This document shows, in pieces, positions 24,519-36,126 of a stretch of DNA of 64,000 bases. Within the stretch, counting starts at the first letter, position 1. Every line of letters begins with the position of its first letter. The DNA is from Patellaria atrata CBS 101060 (taxonomy: Eukaryota), in contig MU006111.1 in assembly GCA_010093705.1 (NCBI GenBank), positions 62,001-126,000 of the forward strand, written 5' to 3'. A model generated the notes under the pieces. The model was not told where the DNA came from. It did not search any database and saw only the letters and a list, made by a program, of their open reading frames with translations. Made by a program: the position numbers and the translations under genes.

Positions 24519-26542
24519 ATGGCATCAAAATTGATCAATCGAGTCTCGCCTGAGATCTCTGCTGTAAGTCTCATGCGTTTACATAACATTCAAATCGAGT
24601 ATAAATACTCATCAACAACCTCTACAGTTTCAACTCGCCCTTCAGACCACGAAGTATGAATTAAATTACGAGCGCAGCGCTCGTGCTGTTGAGTGCGTCG
24701 CGAAAGATGAAGATATCAGGAAGTTACGGTTGCAACTACTTCTATTAGAGGACGAGAATGACGAATTAAATGATCAGTTGGAAAGGGAACAAAAGCGTGG
24801 CGATGAGTTAGAACATAGTGTCAATGATGCTTGGGCACAGCTGGAAGAATCAGAGACAGAGGTTCAGCGTGTATCCAATGAGTTGCGCATGAAGGTTAGA
24901 GAATTGGATACCGTAAAGGTAACGAATCCGGTCTTTCAGCAAGGAGTCACGCTAACGGCGAGATTAGGCCGAATTAACAGCAATGGAGAGCATGAGTAGC
25001 GACTCAACGAAACTTCTCACTGAGAAACTAGCTTTAGCTCGCGAACTCTCAACTCTGAAGCCTGAATTAGAACATTTGAGGACTCAGGTAACGTCCAATC
25101 AAGGTTTACTCTCGGAAAAATTATCCCTCCAACGTCAGTTGAATACCATTCAAGTGGAACTTGAAAATGAAAAACGCGCCGTTCAAAAAGCCCTAGCGAA
25201 AGAAGGCAAGAAGGGAGAACAAGACAAGGAACTCAGGTCTCAGATAGAAGACCTCAAAAATGAGTTGAAGATTTCGAAACGCGAGCAAGATCAGACATCA
25301 AAGGTACTAAATAAAGCTGAATCCGCGCTAGAATTTCAAAAGCAAGAATGCGAGAAAATCCAAAAGTCACTTGTAAAAGCGCACTCTGACCTAGAGGACG
25401 CGAAGAGCTCGGCTCAGCGATCGAGCAATGAAGCTGACAGTGAGCAAAAAGAGAAAGTCGAAGAACTTCGAAGACAACTGAGCAAAGAAAAGAAGGATCG
25501 TGAGAGAGCCGAAAGAGCAGTGCAAAAGGAACAAGCGTCTGCTGAAGCACAGAAGTCACTTTTGGATGACAAACTCAATCAGTTTCGGACTAAGCTAAAG
25601 TCTACCAAAGAGAAGCTCAAAGAAACCGAAGCTCAATTAGAGGCTGCTCAAGCATCTGCTCCCGCTAGACATTCATCAGTCCCCGTCCTTACCGAAAAGC
25701 CAACTAAGAATCCTCGCAAACGTACCGCAGCGTCTGTCGACCCAGAAGCCTCTACTCTAGGCACACCTGGGGATATGCCTACAAAACGCAATAAACGCGG
25801 CTCCTCCGCATTACCAGGTGATAAATCTACCTTCTCTATCACTCCTTTCCTCAATCGGACCGCGAGCGTCGCCATCGACGGTCTCTCTGATGACGATGAG
25901 GTCAAACCCGACGCTGACAAACCTATCAAATCAACTGAACTTGCTATTCCCGATAAATCGCCTTCTGCTAAACCCAAGAAAGCTACAAGAAAAGCAACCG
26001 CTCCAAAATCAAAGCCTCTCGGATCATCTGAGATCAAAGCTAATTCCAAAGCTCGCAAGAAGCCTGCGGTTCCCACACTCGCAATGGTTACGGAGGACGC
26101 AGAAGAATTTACTGAAGCCGAAAAGGTTCCCCCTGAGACAGATGGACCTAATGAAGCGGAGAAAGAAAACAACATAAAACCAAAACTGAAGGCTTCTTCA
26201 CAACCAAAGAAGGCGCCCCGGAAGTCCCTTCTTTCATTTGCTGATTTTACGGCCGAACCAGAACCAGAAAAGAAAAAGAAACGCAAGAATCTTGGTGGTG
26301 GAAAGACGCTGTTCGATGTTGAAGATGAATCCGGCCCAACAAAGCCAATGCCTGGTAAGGGATTGTTCGGAGCTAGGGCTTTCGCAAAAGGTTTAGGGGG
26401 TGGTTTAGGAGGCCTAGGTGGTTCGAAGAAGGGGCTGGGCAAAGGGTTGATCAAAGGGGGTTTCTTGATGACCGATGACGGGTTTCAATTTTCACCCTTA
26501 AAGAAGGATAAGAGGGCTGCGTCTGTGACAATAGGAGACTAA
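24519..26542 (+). CDS. Long coiled-coil protein with basic, Ser/Pro-rich disordered C-terminus; 2 introns
   Basis: ATG at 24519 (MASKLINRVSPEISA), introns gtaagt..tacag and gtaacg..gctaac..attag, a continuous heptad-rich region, then motifs KSTFSITPFLNRT and FQFSPLKKDKR and NLS-like KKKKRK. Confidence 0.8.
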
Positions 26543-26691
26543 AAATCCTCAGAATACGATTTCCGGGTATTGCGAGTTTCTAATATTGACATTGTATACT
26601 ATACAAGCATTACTGTCTGGTTACATTAGGTACCAGAAAGCTAAATACACCAGGCTACTTCTTCAAATAATGATTATATGATGATACACCC

Positions 26692-28026
26692 TTATTCCTT
26701 CCACACTTCCTCTCGTATTGGTGTCTCCTTTCTCCTAAGACCGACAAAGTAAGCTTCTTTGGACTCCTGGATGACGATTAGAAGATGGCCAAGTCATTAC
26801 CAAAGAGTAACATACACTCCTTGACGATTCCGGCTTTTCTCGGTGTACTTTTTCGAAGAGACGTCTAAGTCTTGTCTCTAAAATTTTATCTTCAGCGCCT
26901 TGATAGAATTTACAAAGAAAATGTCCGCCTGTGCGGAGGGTATCAAAACTGAATGATAATGCAGCGTCGCAAAGATCCTATCAAACAAATTAACACCCAG
27001 AGTATGAATAGGAAAGTGATCTGCTCTTCAAACATACCATACTGCCAGCGTGGTCTCTGAATGCCATGCCAGAAGTGTTCATCATCCTAAAATAGGGGTT
27101 ACTAATGCTTGCGATTCCGAATCCGGTAGTTTGGTCCCAGGGGGCGGACATGTCACTCAATACTACATCGACAACCCTACCAGCTGCCTTATCACGTTCT
27201 TTGAGCGTCGACTTTTTCTCATTTCCTTCTTCCCCTCTAGCATTTGAAGATTTAGTGTCACTCGAATGACATAGATCCACTCGCCTTTCCATCTCCAAAT
27301 ATCCTTGCGATTGCTTATCTAGCTCTTCCATTTCCAAAAAGTGCGTGGCATCATCCCCTTCATTATCATAGAACGTAGGTCTCTGTCGCGGGCGTCCACG
27401 GTTGGGATCTTGCACGTAGGATCGCACCTCTGCTTGGATTTCAGGAGAGAGGAAGTTCCCTTGAATTGTGGAAGCGCCTTTTGGGGGTTGTGCGGGGATG
27501 ACATCGATACCGACTACCCGTCCGCCGGGCGAGGTCCGATTCACAGCGACCTAGGAATGTAAGATGGAATTTGAGGCCGACGAATCAAGGTATTACCTGT
27601 GACCAGGAACCTGGAGCATATCCCTTTTCAAAGTTAATCCTATGGTCCAGAGGGTACAAAGTAGATATTACCAGATCGACAACAGTATCTCCTTTCTTAA
27701 ATAGCTTGTACTTTTCATTCATCTATAGATCGTTAGAAGGAGTTCCAATTGCGGGAATGATATCAATCAACCTCAAGTAGCTTGAAAGCAGCTCGGCTTT
27801 TGAGACCCTGAACCTTTGCTTCTTTGGCAAAATGATCTCGGCCCTGTCGAGACTTCCATCTTGTCGAGGATGAGGAAGAAGCTGCTCGTAGTTCAGTTAT
27901 AGTGAAAAAGCTCTCCCTAGGACATAATCGGCATTGCGAGCGGATGACAGCGAGACAAGAAGGTCTAACGTGACGCTTGAGCAGGATGCTGTCTATCAGC
28001 TGCTGGAATGATCTTCGCGATAGCAT
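26692..28026 (-). CDS. MRM2: Mitochondrial LSU rRNA 2'-O-methyltransferase (FtsJ/RrmJ family); multi-exon
   Basis: Mitochondrial-type presequence, SSSSTRWKSRQGRDHFAKEAKVQGLKSRAAFKLLE, VVDL|GYAPGSWSQ, VDVVLSDM, CKFYQG, SKEAYFVG. Confidence 0.92.
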
Positions 28027-28696
28027 GCAGTGGTTAGAGGATTCAGACGTCAATCATCCTTTAGAGAATTTTACTGTAGAGTGCAATTCGATGGAAAGTA
28101 TCAATACTTTGAAGTGGTCCGTGCGCAGTTAGTTTCACTTTACCTTATGTATTTGAGAAGTTATCCTCATTGCATGATATATTAAGGGTATATCAGCTTC
28201 TTCATCAGAGAAAACGAATTGATCTGAGCCATTAGCATTGTAGAGCCGTTTTTCAATCTTCAAAGCATGTTGGTCATTGGTTTACGATATCAGTTTTCCC
28301 TAAACTGCACCGCACCGCTACCATCTCCTTTCAGTCACAGTCCTCATTCTCATGAATCTAATCTCAGCTTTATATTTGCATTCTTCTTCTGTCTACTCTT
28401 ACTTATTCCGCTTACTGCACATGCGAGCCTTTGAGCGTTTAGGTTTGAAAAGGCTGATGGAGAGCTCTGTTCAGTCACTACGTCCAATATTTTCCCATTA
28501 CTACCAAACTCTACACCGGCCTGCAATATATGCTTTTTTTTATTCCATTATATTGTGTTGTAGATTGTACCATGACTCCTGCTATGTCTATCGTCTAGGA
28601 ACTTGATGAACTGGCCAATCGATTCCTGTAGAAACGCTCTCATTGCGTGAGTTGCACTCCTGTTACTAAGCTATCGATAATTAGCCACATATGGCT

Positions 28697-29719
28697 TCAC
28701 GGAGTAACTGGATCTCGGAAAGGACTTACAGCCGGTTCAGTTTGAGTAAGTATCTCCGGATTAAACCAAACAAATATTGACGTGCTGATGGCTCTAGTAG
28801 CTTCCGATAAGTGGGTAGTAGATGATCCAAAGAAGAGCTCGTATACATCTAACTCGAGGAGTAAAAGGTCACAGTTGCGAAAGGAATAATGGACAGAATC
28901 CCGCCATGTGTTTTCCGCGGGGTTTTGCAGAAAATCATTTATCACAGCAGCTTGACACGCCATTTGCAGAATCTCATTCACTTCGTTGAATAGCCTGGGT
29001 AGATTCTCTTCAAGGTCCGTCTGGCTCGGCTGACAAGTTAGCATGAATGATATATTGATTACCAGGGATATATCAATTCACAAACACATTGTCGTCCTTG
29101 GTCAGCTTATAGACAGTGGGTTTGCGCATTAGGAGTAGGAGTTCTTCGGTTTCGGCAGATTCTCGAATTAAGCATAGTGTGCGTCTACAGATTTCATGTA
29201 TGATATATTGATCCAGTCCAGTTGAGCCTGGGTGGGTTCCTTCGTGCTCCAAAGCGTGATCAAGTTTTTGAACGTCTAAGCCGACTTTTCGTCAATAGGA
29301 TAAAGGAGTAGACATAGTAGCCGTATTCCTGACAAAAGAGCCTGCGCGACAAACAAACGAAATTTGTTCTGGTCCCTATATATCGGCTCCGCCGCAGGGT
29401 ACAGTTCAGAATGGATTCTAATAATCTCATGAAGGGTGTTGATTACAACACTACGGTCTAGGATAAGATACTCTGTCTTATGTTGATCGCTCCATATTTG
29501 AGGTATGTCCGCTGCAGATCGAAAATAAGTTTGACCCAGCAAATGAGGCTTAACTGCTGCTTCAATTTCTCACTCTCATTCCGAACCTGGTGTAAGCCGG
29601 AGAGTGTGAATACCAACGACCTCACATAGAATGTTTCCAACATCGACTCTATCGCAAAGACGAGACGAAAGATTCACAAAATCGTCCTCCAAGGACAGCA
29701 ATGAAGGAAGATCAGTCAT
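28697..29719 (-). CDS. Possible lineage-specific multi-exon hypothetical protein
   Basis: Several short open segments (MTDLPSLLSLEDDF..., ...SVVINTLHEIIRIHSELYP..., DVQKLDHALEHEG...KDDNVF, PSQTDLEENLPRLF...) are separated by intron-like stretches with gctaac/ttgac branch points. I recognise no domain and could not fix all junctions. Confidence 0.4.
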
Positions 29720-29775
29720 CTAAGTAAATAACGGGACAGATTCTGGAGCTTGAGCCCTGTAAGACCTCGCTTGGG

Positions 29776-30103
29776 CTACGGTGGTGTTAGTAAAGGTAAG
29801 GAAGATGGGAGCAAGACTGACATGAAGAGATCAGCCGCATCGTAGTTCAGGGTGGACAGACTGACGTATGGGCCTGGATGGTGGGCTGTGATCCGGCGGT
29901 TTCGTTGCCTTGCTGTTTTTCAGCATGCGGCCATGCGCCCCCAAGCTGAGTGCAGAAATCCAGTCTAGCCACCGAAAGCCACCAAAACCGATATGAAAGG
30001 TCCCAGGTTGACAGATATCTTCGACTTCTAAAGGCTGCACTCATCATTCAGCCCTAGAATTCCCGAACCTTCGTCACACTGCCCTCCCGGTCAAAGCGCG
30101 TAC
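29776..30103 (-). other. 328-nt non-coding spliceosomal intron, probable snoRNA host
   Basis: Donor GTACGC at 30103, perfect TACTAAC branch point at 29792-29786, acceptor CGTAG ending at 29776. It is much longer than the typical introns of this window. Confidence 0.6.
29844..30052 (-). ncRNA. Long box C/D snoRNA candidate (snR4-like)
   Basis: Box C ATGATGA (30047-30041) and box D CTGA (29850-29847). Internal stem (TGA)GTGCAG/CTGCAC(TCA), hairpin TGCTG-AAAAA-CAGCA, complementary flanks, and segments antisense to the 18S rRNA head region as recalled from memory. Confidence 0.6.
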
Positions 30104-30321
30104 GGATTATGACTTCAAAGTTCATCGCTTAGAACTATGTAGGTTCACTATCAATAGGCCACCCAAAACTACGCAGTAGTCCTTGAGTTTACCAGGTAGA
30201 TGGTAGGATTTGGCCTCCCTATCGGATAGCTTCTAAGTATGAGGAATATAGCTATAAGCATAAGAAGCTTCGTTGTCTCTTCGTCAAAACCAAGCGCTCT
30301 CTGCCATTGCCTTATCAGACT

Positions 30322-32061
30322 CTATCGGGCTGACTTACTCTCCCTTTTCACAGGCCGAAACATTCTGTAACAGCGTACAGCGTAATCCCATTCAGAATAT
30401 AAGCTATTTCACAAGTCAGCGATGCCCGTTCTCATGAAGCAGCTCTTCACAGGACTCACAGAAATGCTCCAAATGGAACAGCGACGATTCCAACACTTGA
30501 AATTTCACCGAGCACACCATGGTGGGAGAAACGGTGTTCAGTAGACTTGAGGATCACCGGTATACATATCGCAACGGCAATGCTGGACTTCGATGGCAGG
30601 GTGACGGTATAGTCAAAAGGCTTGTCGAATTGTCAGAGACCGGATTCTTGTTTTGTCATGACGTAAGACGCACCTTAATAACACCTTTAATGAAGTGAAT
30701 ATTGAATATTATACGTAAAAGCATGTTGATACAATTGGCGTAAACCAATCCTTGAGCCCCAAATTCGAGAGTGTGTAAGAACAGATATGCCGATATAGCA
30801 AATGCGACAAAAAAGAAGCCCATCATGAATGACTGTATACGTAATGCCGTAATATCAGCCACTGCTGCGACAAATGCTTCCGTGACGCCGTTCAAAGCCA
30901 ACAGCGGGATATAGTAGCAATAGCTTGATAGTACAAGACTTGCTTCTGTATCAGCCCATTTTGCCCCTGCAACTATTCTCAGAAGGAGTGGGGCCGCTTT
31001 AGGACCAAGAGCGCAAGCTACAAGTGATATGATATGATATAAGCGCAAGATATCGTAAAGGACTTCTGTAGCCTGTTCCTTTTCTCTCTCTGATCTCTCT
31101 TTATCTTTCTCTTGAGGTGCACATAGTTTAGCGAAGAGATTCCGACTACTCTCCTCGATAGGTTGGAATAACATTCGAGCAGTGAGACCACCATAATTAG
31201 AAGCTAAAGCGTAACTGCCTTGTTCACGAAGTGTAGCCAAGGATGTGATCAACAGTGCATCTCCGGAGGTCAGAACATACTTAATACCCGATTGTATGAA
31301 AAGACTGATACTTAACTGGCATAGAGGTCTAGAGAAATAACAGAATATGTACTGGTGTTGATCTCTGCGATTCGGTGAGCAATAGAGTACAACTATACGG
31401 AATAATCAACCCACTCTGATTCTAGGCGAACCGGGAGAAGTGAAAACTTCTTTTCTTCTGCTAATGGCCGCAGAAGGATGAGATATGTTGACAAAAGCGT
31501 CGCAGCATATGCTAACTGGCCTCCCGCAAATGGAAAGGGACCCAGTTCAAGATCTGATCTATTCGCCCATACGGCAAGACTGCAGGTTGTAACACATTTC
31601 GCAATCGTTGCTGCAGTCTCCGCAGTTGCTCGGGTTTTATATCGTATCATCTGCTGTGTAGCGGCAAAACAAGGTTCAGCCAGCAGTTCTAATATTGTAG
31701 CGCTACCAAAGCTAAAGACTGTTTCTTTGAAAAAAGGAACTTGATGAAAGCTGTTGCGAAGATAGAAAGTGGCTAGGGTGTAGGCCAGCGGTATTCCTAG
31801 ACATATTGACAAATATGACAAGTTAATTACCACCTGAGGTCCGTTGATTTGTCTTTGAAGGGCTACCCGTATGCTTTCTCGCGCGAAAAAAAGTACAGAA
31901 ATAGAGTATAATTCTAATTGCGCAGAGATTCCCAAAAGTTCGGGGGAGAGAAATCGAAGTAGGACTTGATTAACAATGAATGTAAGAGCGCGAGAACTAA
32001 TCTGTGTTAAGATGAGGAAAGTTGCTCCCTTTGCTGAGGCTGAAAGTATAGAAGCTGACAT
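30322..32061 (-). CDS. RFT1: Man5GlcNAc2-PP-dolichol translocation protein Rft1; 3 introns
   Basis: [90 protein letters not shown]. The last exon ends ...KRESKSAR* at 30322. Confidence 0.95.
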
Positions 32062-32466
32062 TGCTGACTCTACTGATTCCGACTGATGATGATATTGGTA
32101 GTGGTAGGATGAAAAGTTATGAGTACAGCGATTTCGCCCTTCACTCAGTTATAAGGTTAAGGTAACTAGATCAGTAGATCTCCCAAGTCTCCGCACGGGC
32201 CAAGGGGTCTTTCATCTGAACGTTATTAGTCGTAATTATAAACAGGTTGTGTAAGGTATCTGAGAATGGATAACGGTTCATATATCTTTCTTTCTTCTCG
32301 AATATGCTCTTTGAGGAATTCAGCTGGATAATTTTAGCCTAGGCTCCAATATTGAGCTGAAACTAAGTATGCATGCTTCATCCAGGGTAAGGCAGTTATA
32401 TAAACCACAGTATTCCCATCTCTCAGTTGCGCGAAATGCTGGACAAGAGTCTTTCAAAGTTCCCTC

Positions 32467-33133
32467 ATGATGGTCCTTGTTGATGAAAAGTTGAGCATAA
32501 GGACAAAGCGTCTGTTGCTGCGTCCTCAACGTCTCGAAGATGCTGATGACATCTTCCTTCTCCGGAGCAATGCTCTCTATACCAAATTCACGTATTTCTC
32601 GCCAATGTTTTTCAGACAATGAACTAATAAGTTGAAGCGGTATAAAACCAGAGACAAGCGTAGACCAGACACGAGAATGGATCACCGTGCGAGAAAACGA
32701 CCCCGATGCCTGGATATTCTCTATCGAGCTTCTTCCTACCGAAATTTCTAACTCTGACTCGACCCAGCCATCTGCAGCTCAAAAGGGGCGAGTTATTGGA
32801 GGAATCGGCGCCTATAGAGTGCGAGAAGTCGGATACGGTCTTCATCCTGATTTCTGGGGACAGGGTCTGGCCACTGAAGCGCTCGAAGCATTTTTACCGA
32901 TTTACTGGGAGCATCTACTACAACAAGATAACTCTGGCTATATCAAGGCTGAAATCGATTCAGAACATGTAGCTAGTCGACGTATTGTCGAGAAATGCGG
33001 GTTTCAGCTCTGGGAATACAGAAAAGGGGACTACGAAAGCAAAACTTTAGGCACTAGGGACACCGTTGAATACCGCATGCCACGACCCGGTTCTTCACTT
33101 AATCTACGAAGAGAAGACAATACAGAATCTTGA
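32467..33133 (+). CDS. GNAT acetyltransferase (RimJ/RimL, Acetyltransf_3 type); 1 intron
   Basis: MMVLVDEKLSIRTKRLLLRPQRLEDADDIF, intron gtattt..ctaat..tgaag, then EVGYGLHPDFWGQGLATEAL and HVASRRIVEKCGF. Confidence 0.88.
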
Positions 33134-33636
33134 ATGTTAGTATACGTTGCCGTCAGACCCGTTTTCGCAGTCATGCTGGTATAAAGATCCCTCTAGGTTA
33201 TTATTGAACATAAGCGACAGACGATCCTTCTCGAAATATATTTACATAGCTTCAACTTTAATCAGGAACATTTGACAGGCGCACACTTATAGTTATGGTT
33301 ATCCTTTTACTTCTTTTTCAGCAAAGCGCCTTACGAATATATAAGCTGAATCATCTAAGAGGTTGAGGACGCCACACATTCATATTCAGTGTTAAAAAGT
33401 TGCTCAAAGATGAATAATTGTCAGAAGGTAAGGGGAGGGGAGCATCTGGGCGGATGAAGATTATGCGGAGGCTCAGCGGACGGGGAGGAGCACATCATTG
33501 AAGTAGATTGATTAGGAGTGAACCGGAGCATGATATTTAAGTATATCCATCGCTCATTACTATTGCTAATCATTAATTCTTTCGTGGTGAATGTATTTCA
33601 AATTCCGAGTTCTATCTGCCCTTGAACTTCACAACT

Positions 33637-34592
33637 TCACCAAGGTAACTCTGTCTTGTCAAAATTGAAGAATTTACCACCATGAGTAGGTATCGTTGCT
33701 TCGTCAATAACCTCCACGATACCCTTGACCGCCACATCAACAGGGCCGAGAGTATCCTCAGGTAAACCTAACTCTTTCATAGCCCGAAGTGCTAAATCGG
33801 TGCGAACAGCTCTGATACAATCAAATTAGCGAGTGCCCCAACTATGATAAGCGTGCATACTGACCCAGGTGAAACAACAAAATAGCAGATCTCGTCGTCC
33901 ACTTCCTCAAATTGATTTCTCCTCTGCAGGAAGTTTAGCATAGCTTTTGTCCCCCCGTAATTGCCGACCAGCAGGGATTTCGCTTCCTCCGCTAGCGCTG
34001 TTGAACTCAATGTTGGACTTATCGTGACGAATTTTGGAATGGGTTTCTTGTCGAATGTGCCCGGTTCTCGCGCGAAGTACGGTAAGACGGCCTGACAGAG
34101 CCTTATGGTCCCGAGAACATTCACTTCAAACATCTCTTGCAGATCGTCAATGTTTGCATCTACAACCTCAATATAATCCTTTGCAATGCCTGCAGCTGCA
34201 ATAACAACATCGAATTCTTCAATCTCCTCTTTGATGTTGAGCTTGGTGATTGCATCCAAGGCGTCGGTTTTTGATTTTGAGTCAATCTTGATGATATGCA
34301 ACCTAGTGTCTTCACCTCGCGGAATATCATTCAAGCTTTTAGCGTTCTCAGCATCTAGATCGCGAACGGACGCGACCACGGTGTAGTTTGGCCGCGAAAG
34401 GTAAGTCGTCACCAGTTCTCGTCCAATTCCTAAGTTAGAGCTGTTAGCTAAGGTTTCCTGGCTTCAATGCTTTGTGAAACTTGCAAGACTATCTCGGTGA
34501 TAATGTTTGTGAACAGGAGCTAGTACATATATCGATTACTGACCTCTTGTGGCGCCGCTGATAAGCACCACGTGCCTATAAGGTGTGGACAT
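33637..34592 (-). CDS. Short-chain dehydrogenase/reductase (Nor-1/CsgA-like); 2 introns
   Basis: VVLISGATR|GIGRELV cofactor motif, FEVNVLG, catalytic YGGTK, SPG|AVRTD, C-terminal GGKFFNFDKTELPW. Confidence 0.88.
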
Positions 34593-35376
34593 AGTATCGG
34601 TCAAAATCCACACAGTTGTAAGTAGAACAGTGGAAGTTATGTCCGATGGAAGGTATTTCTAGGGAGAAAGATATAGATGGAAAGAGGAAAGGGGAAATCT
34701 TCCTTGATATGCTCAATTGACCAGGAGACGTGTCGCTCTTTATCATATACCGTAGAAGCTCAAGAATCCCAGTGAGCAATGCATGAAGCTGTGACGCCGC
34801 AATAGCGGCGTAGGTTATATGTTTATAGTACGGCTGATGTTGCTCTAATCGCCGCTGACAAGCTCGAAAATGGACGGATGAGCTCCGGACCCCTCCCGAA
34901 GTCCGTGGTGAGCGTGGGGTTTGCGGAACATTAATAACAAAGCTCATTGGCGGTTGATGAGGAATTGGTAGGGGGAACGCTCGGTACGAAGTCTCTTCTT
35001 ATCAATTTCACGTCTCGAAAGGTCACACAGGGTTCCACACAATCTTCTTTGTCTTCCAGAATTTGTGTTTTTTCGCGTTGATCTAAATGCGGAGATGCAT
35101 TCGGGGACGAGCTCGGTTCTCGTCCCGTCGGGTCGGCTCTAGCACCAGTGATAACCTGGAATGCACCCGGACCTAGTGGGGTAGCTTAGTAATGATATAT
35201 TACGCGTCGTGAACCTTAACAACATAGGTACGGACGGGAGTAATGTAATTACAACTGTACGCCCCTGTGCTTACCACTGACCGATTGCGCCAAGGTACTC
35301 TTTAGGAACTGGAAAAGGAGCGTACGCAGAACCATCTGATCAGAGCAGAATCTGGGTACGGATACCTGCTATACTA

Positions 35377-35398
35377 TACTGTACTGTACAGTACAGTA
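35377..35398. repeat. Perfect 22-bp palindrome TACTGTACTGTACAGTACAGTA
   Basis: The sequence equals its own reverse complement and is built from overlapping TACWGTA units. Confidence 0.9.
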
Positions 35399-36126
35399 CA
35401 AGACGACCGATTGGGTTAGCTCTGGCATTCTAAGGATCAAGCTGAGATGTTTATCGGGGCCTACTTTGAGCCTTCGAGTGGTTCAGGTAATCAGACCGGA
35501 AGTGCTTGTGGGGAATCTCTGCACGTATGAGTTCATCTAGGATGGAAACTAATCGCTAGACGGAGTACCAATGCAGCTTGGCTCGTTTGCTTTCGCGTCT
35601 TGGATACCTTACTGTACAAAAGTATGATATCTAGCACCATGTTAGAACTGTGTTACAAAGAGCTTAGGTATACGACTGAGAATTCTTGTACGTGCCATAT
35701 ATGTGGAGGGCTTCTGAGAATCAGAGCCAACCTCAACCTAATCACCTTGATATCAATTTCTCGGAGCGCACGGACCCCGCTCTTACCCCTAAGGTAGGTA
35801 GCTGTCTTAAGCTGATGGGTGCTATCTTTTCCATTTATACAAAACCTCAACTCCCGTCTAATATAGGATACGGTTCGAATTTGTCAAGCGTCATGTTTCT
35901 ATCTCAGAAGTCTTTCAAAATCAGAGGTTAGGAGTGCGCTCTTCAACGGGCATAGCGACAGTAAGCAAAATATAAGGTCAATGCAAGTATCTGGGATAAT
36001 AATATGCAGTCCCTTTAGGGGGAAGTTGAGATAACCATCGTAAGAGGGTTATCGGATGTACAGATACGAGGAAAACACCCCTACCGCCCAATATCCATTT
36101 GTCTTGCTAACGCCCGTGGGCTCCAT

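Noticed and set aside
25648..26454. 268-aa antisense ORF, and similar shadows such as 3674..4087, 39085..39564 and 59741..60241
   Set aside because: These lie exactly opposite well-supported coding exons, have low-complexity translations and are explained by codon bias on the sense strand.
29820..30200. RNase P/MRP, U3, U4, SRP RNA or TPP riboswitch identity for the structured region
   Set aside because: GAAAGGTCCC resembles CR-I, but there is no matching CR-V. I saw no U3 box A, no SRP helix-8 motif and no TPP aptamer core. The intronic C/D interpretation fits better.
30190..30255. snR30/U17-like m1/m2 motifs (ATATTCCTC ... TACCAT, minus strand)
   Set aside because: Both motifs are imperfect, there is no ACA box at the proper distance, and the region is probably the RFT1 3' UTR.
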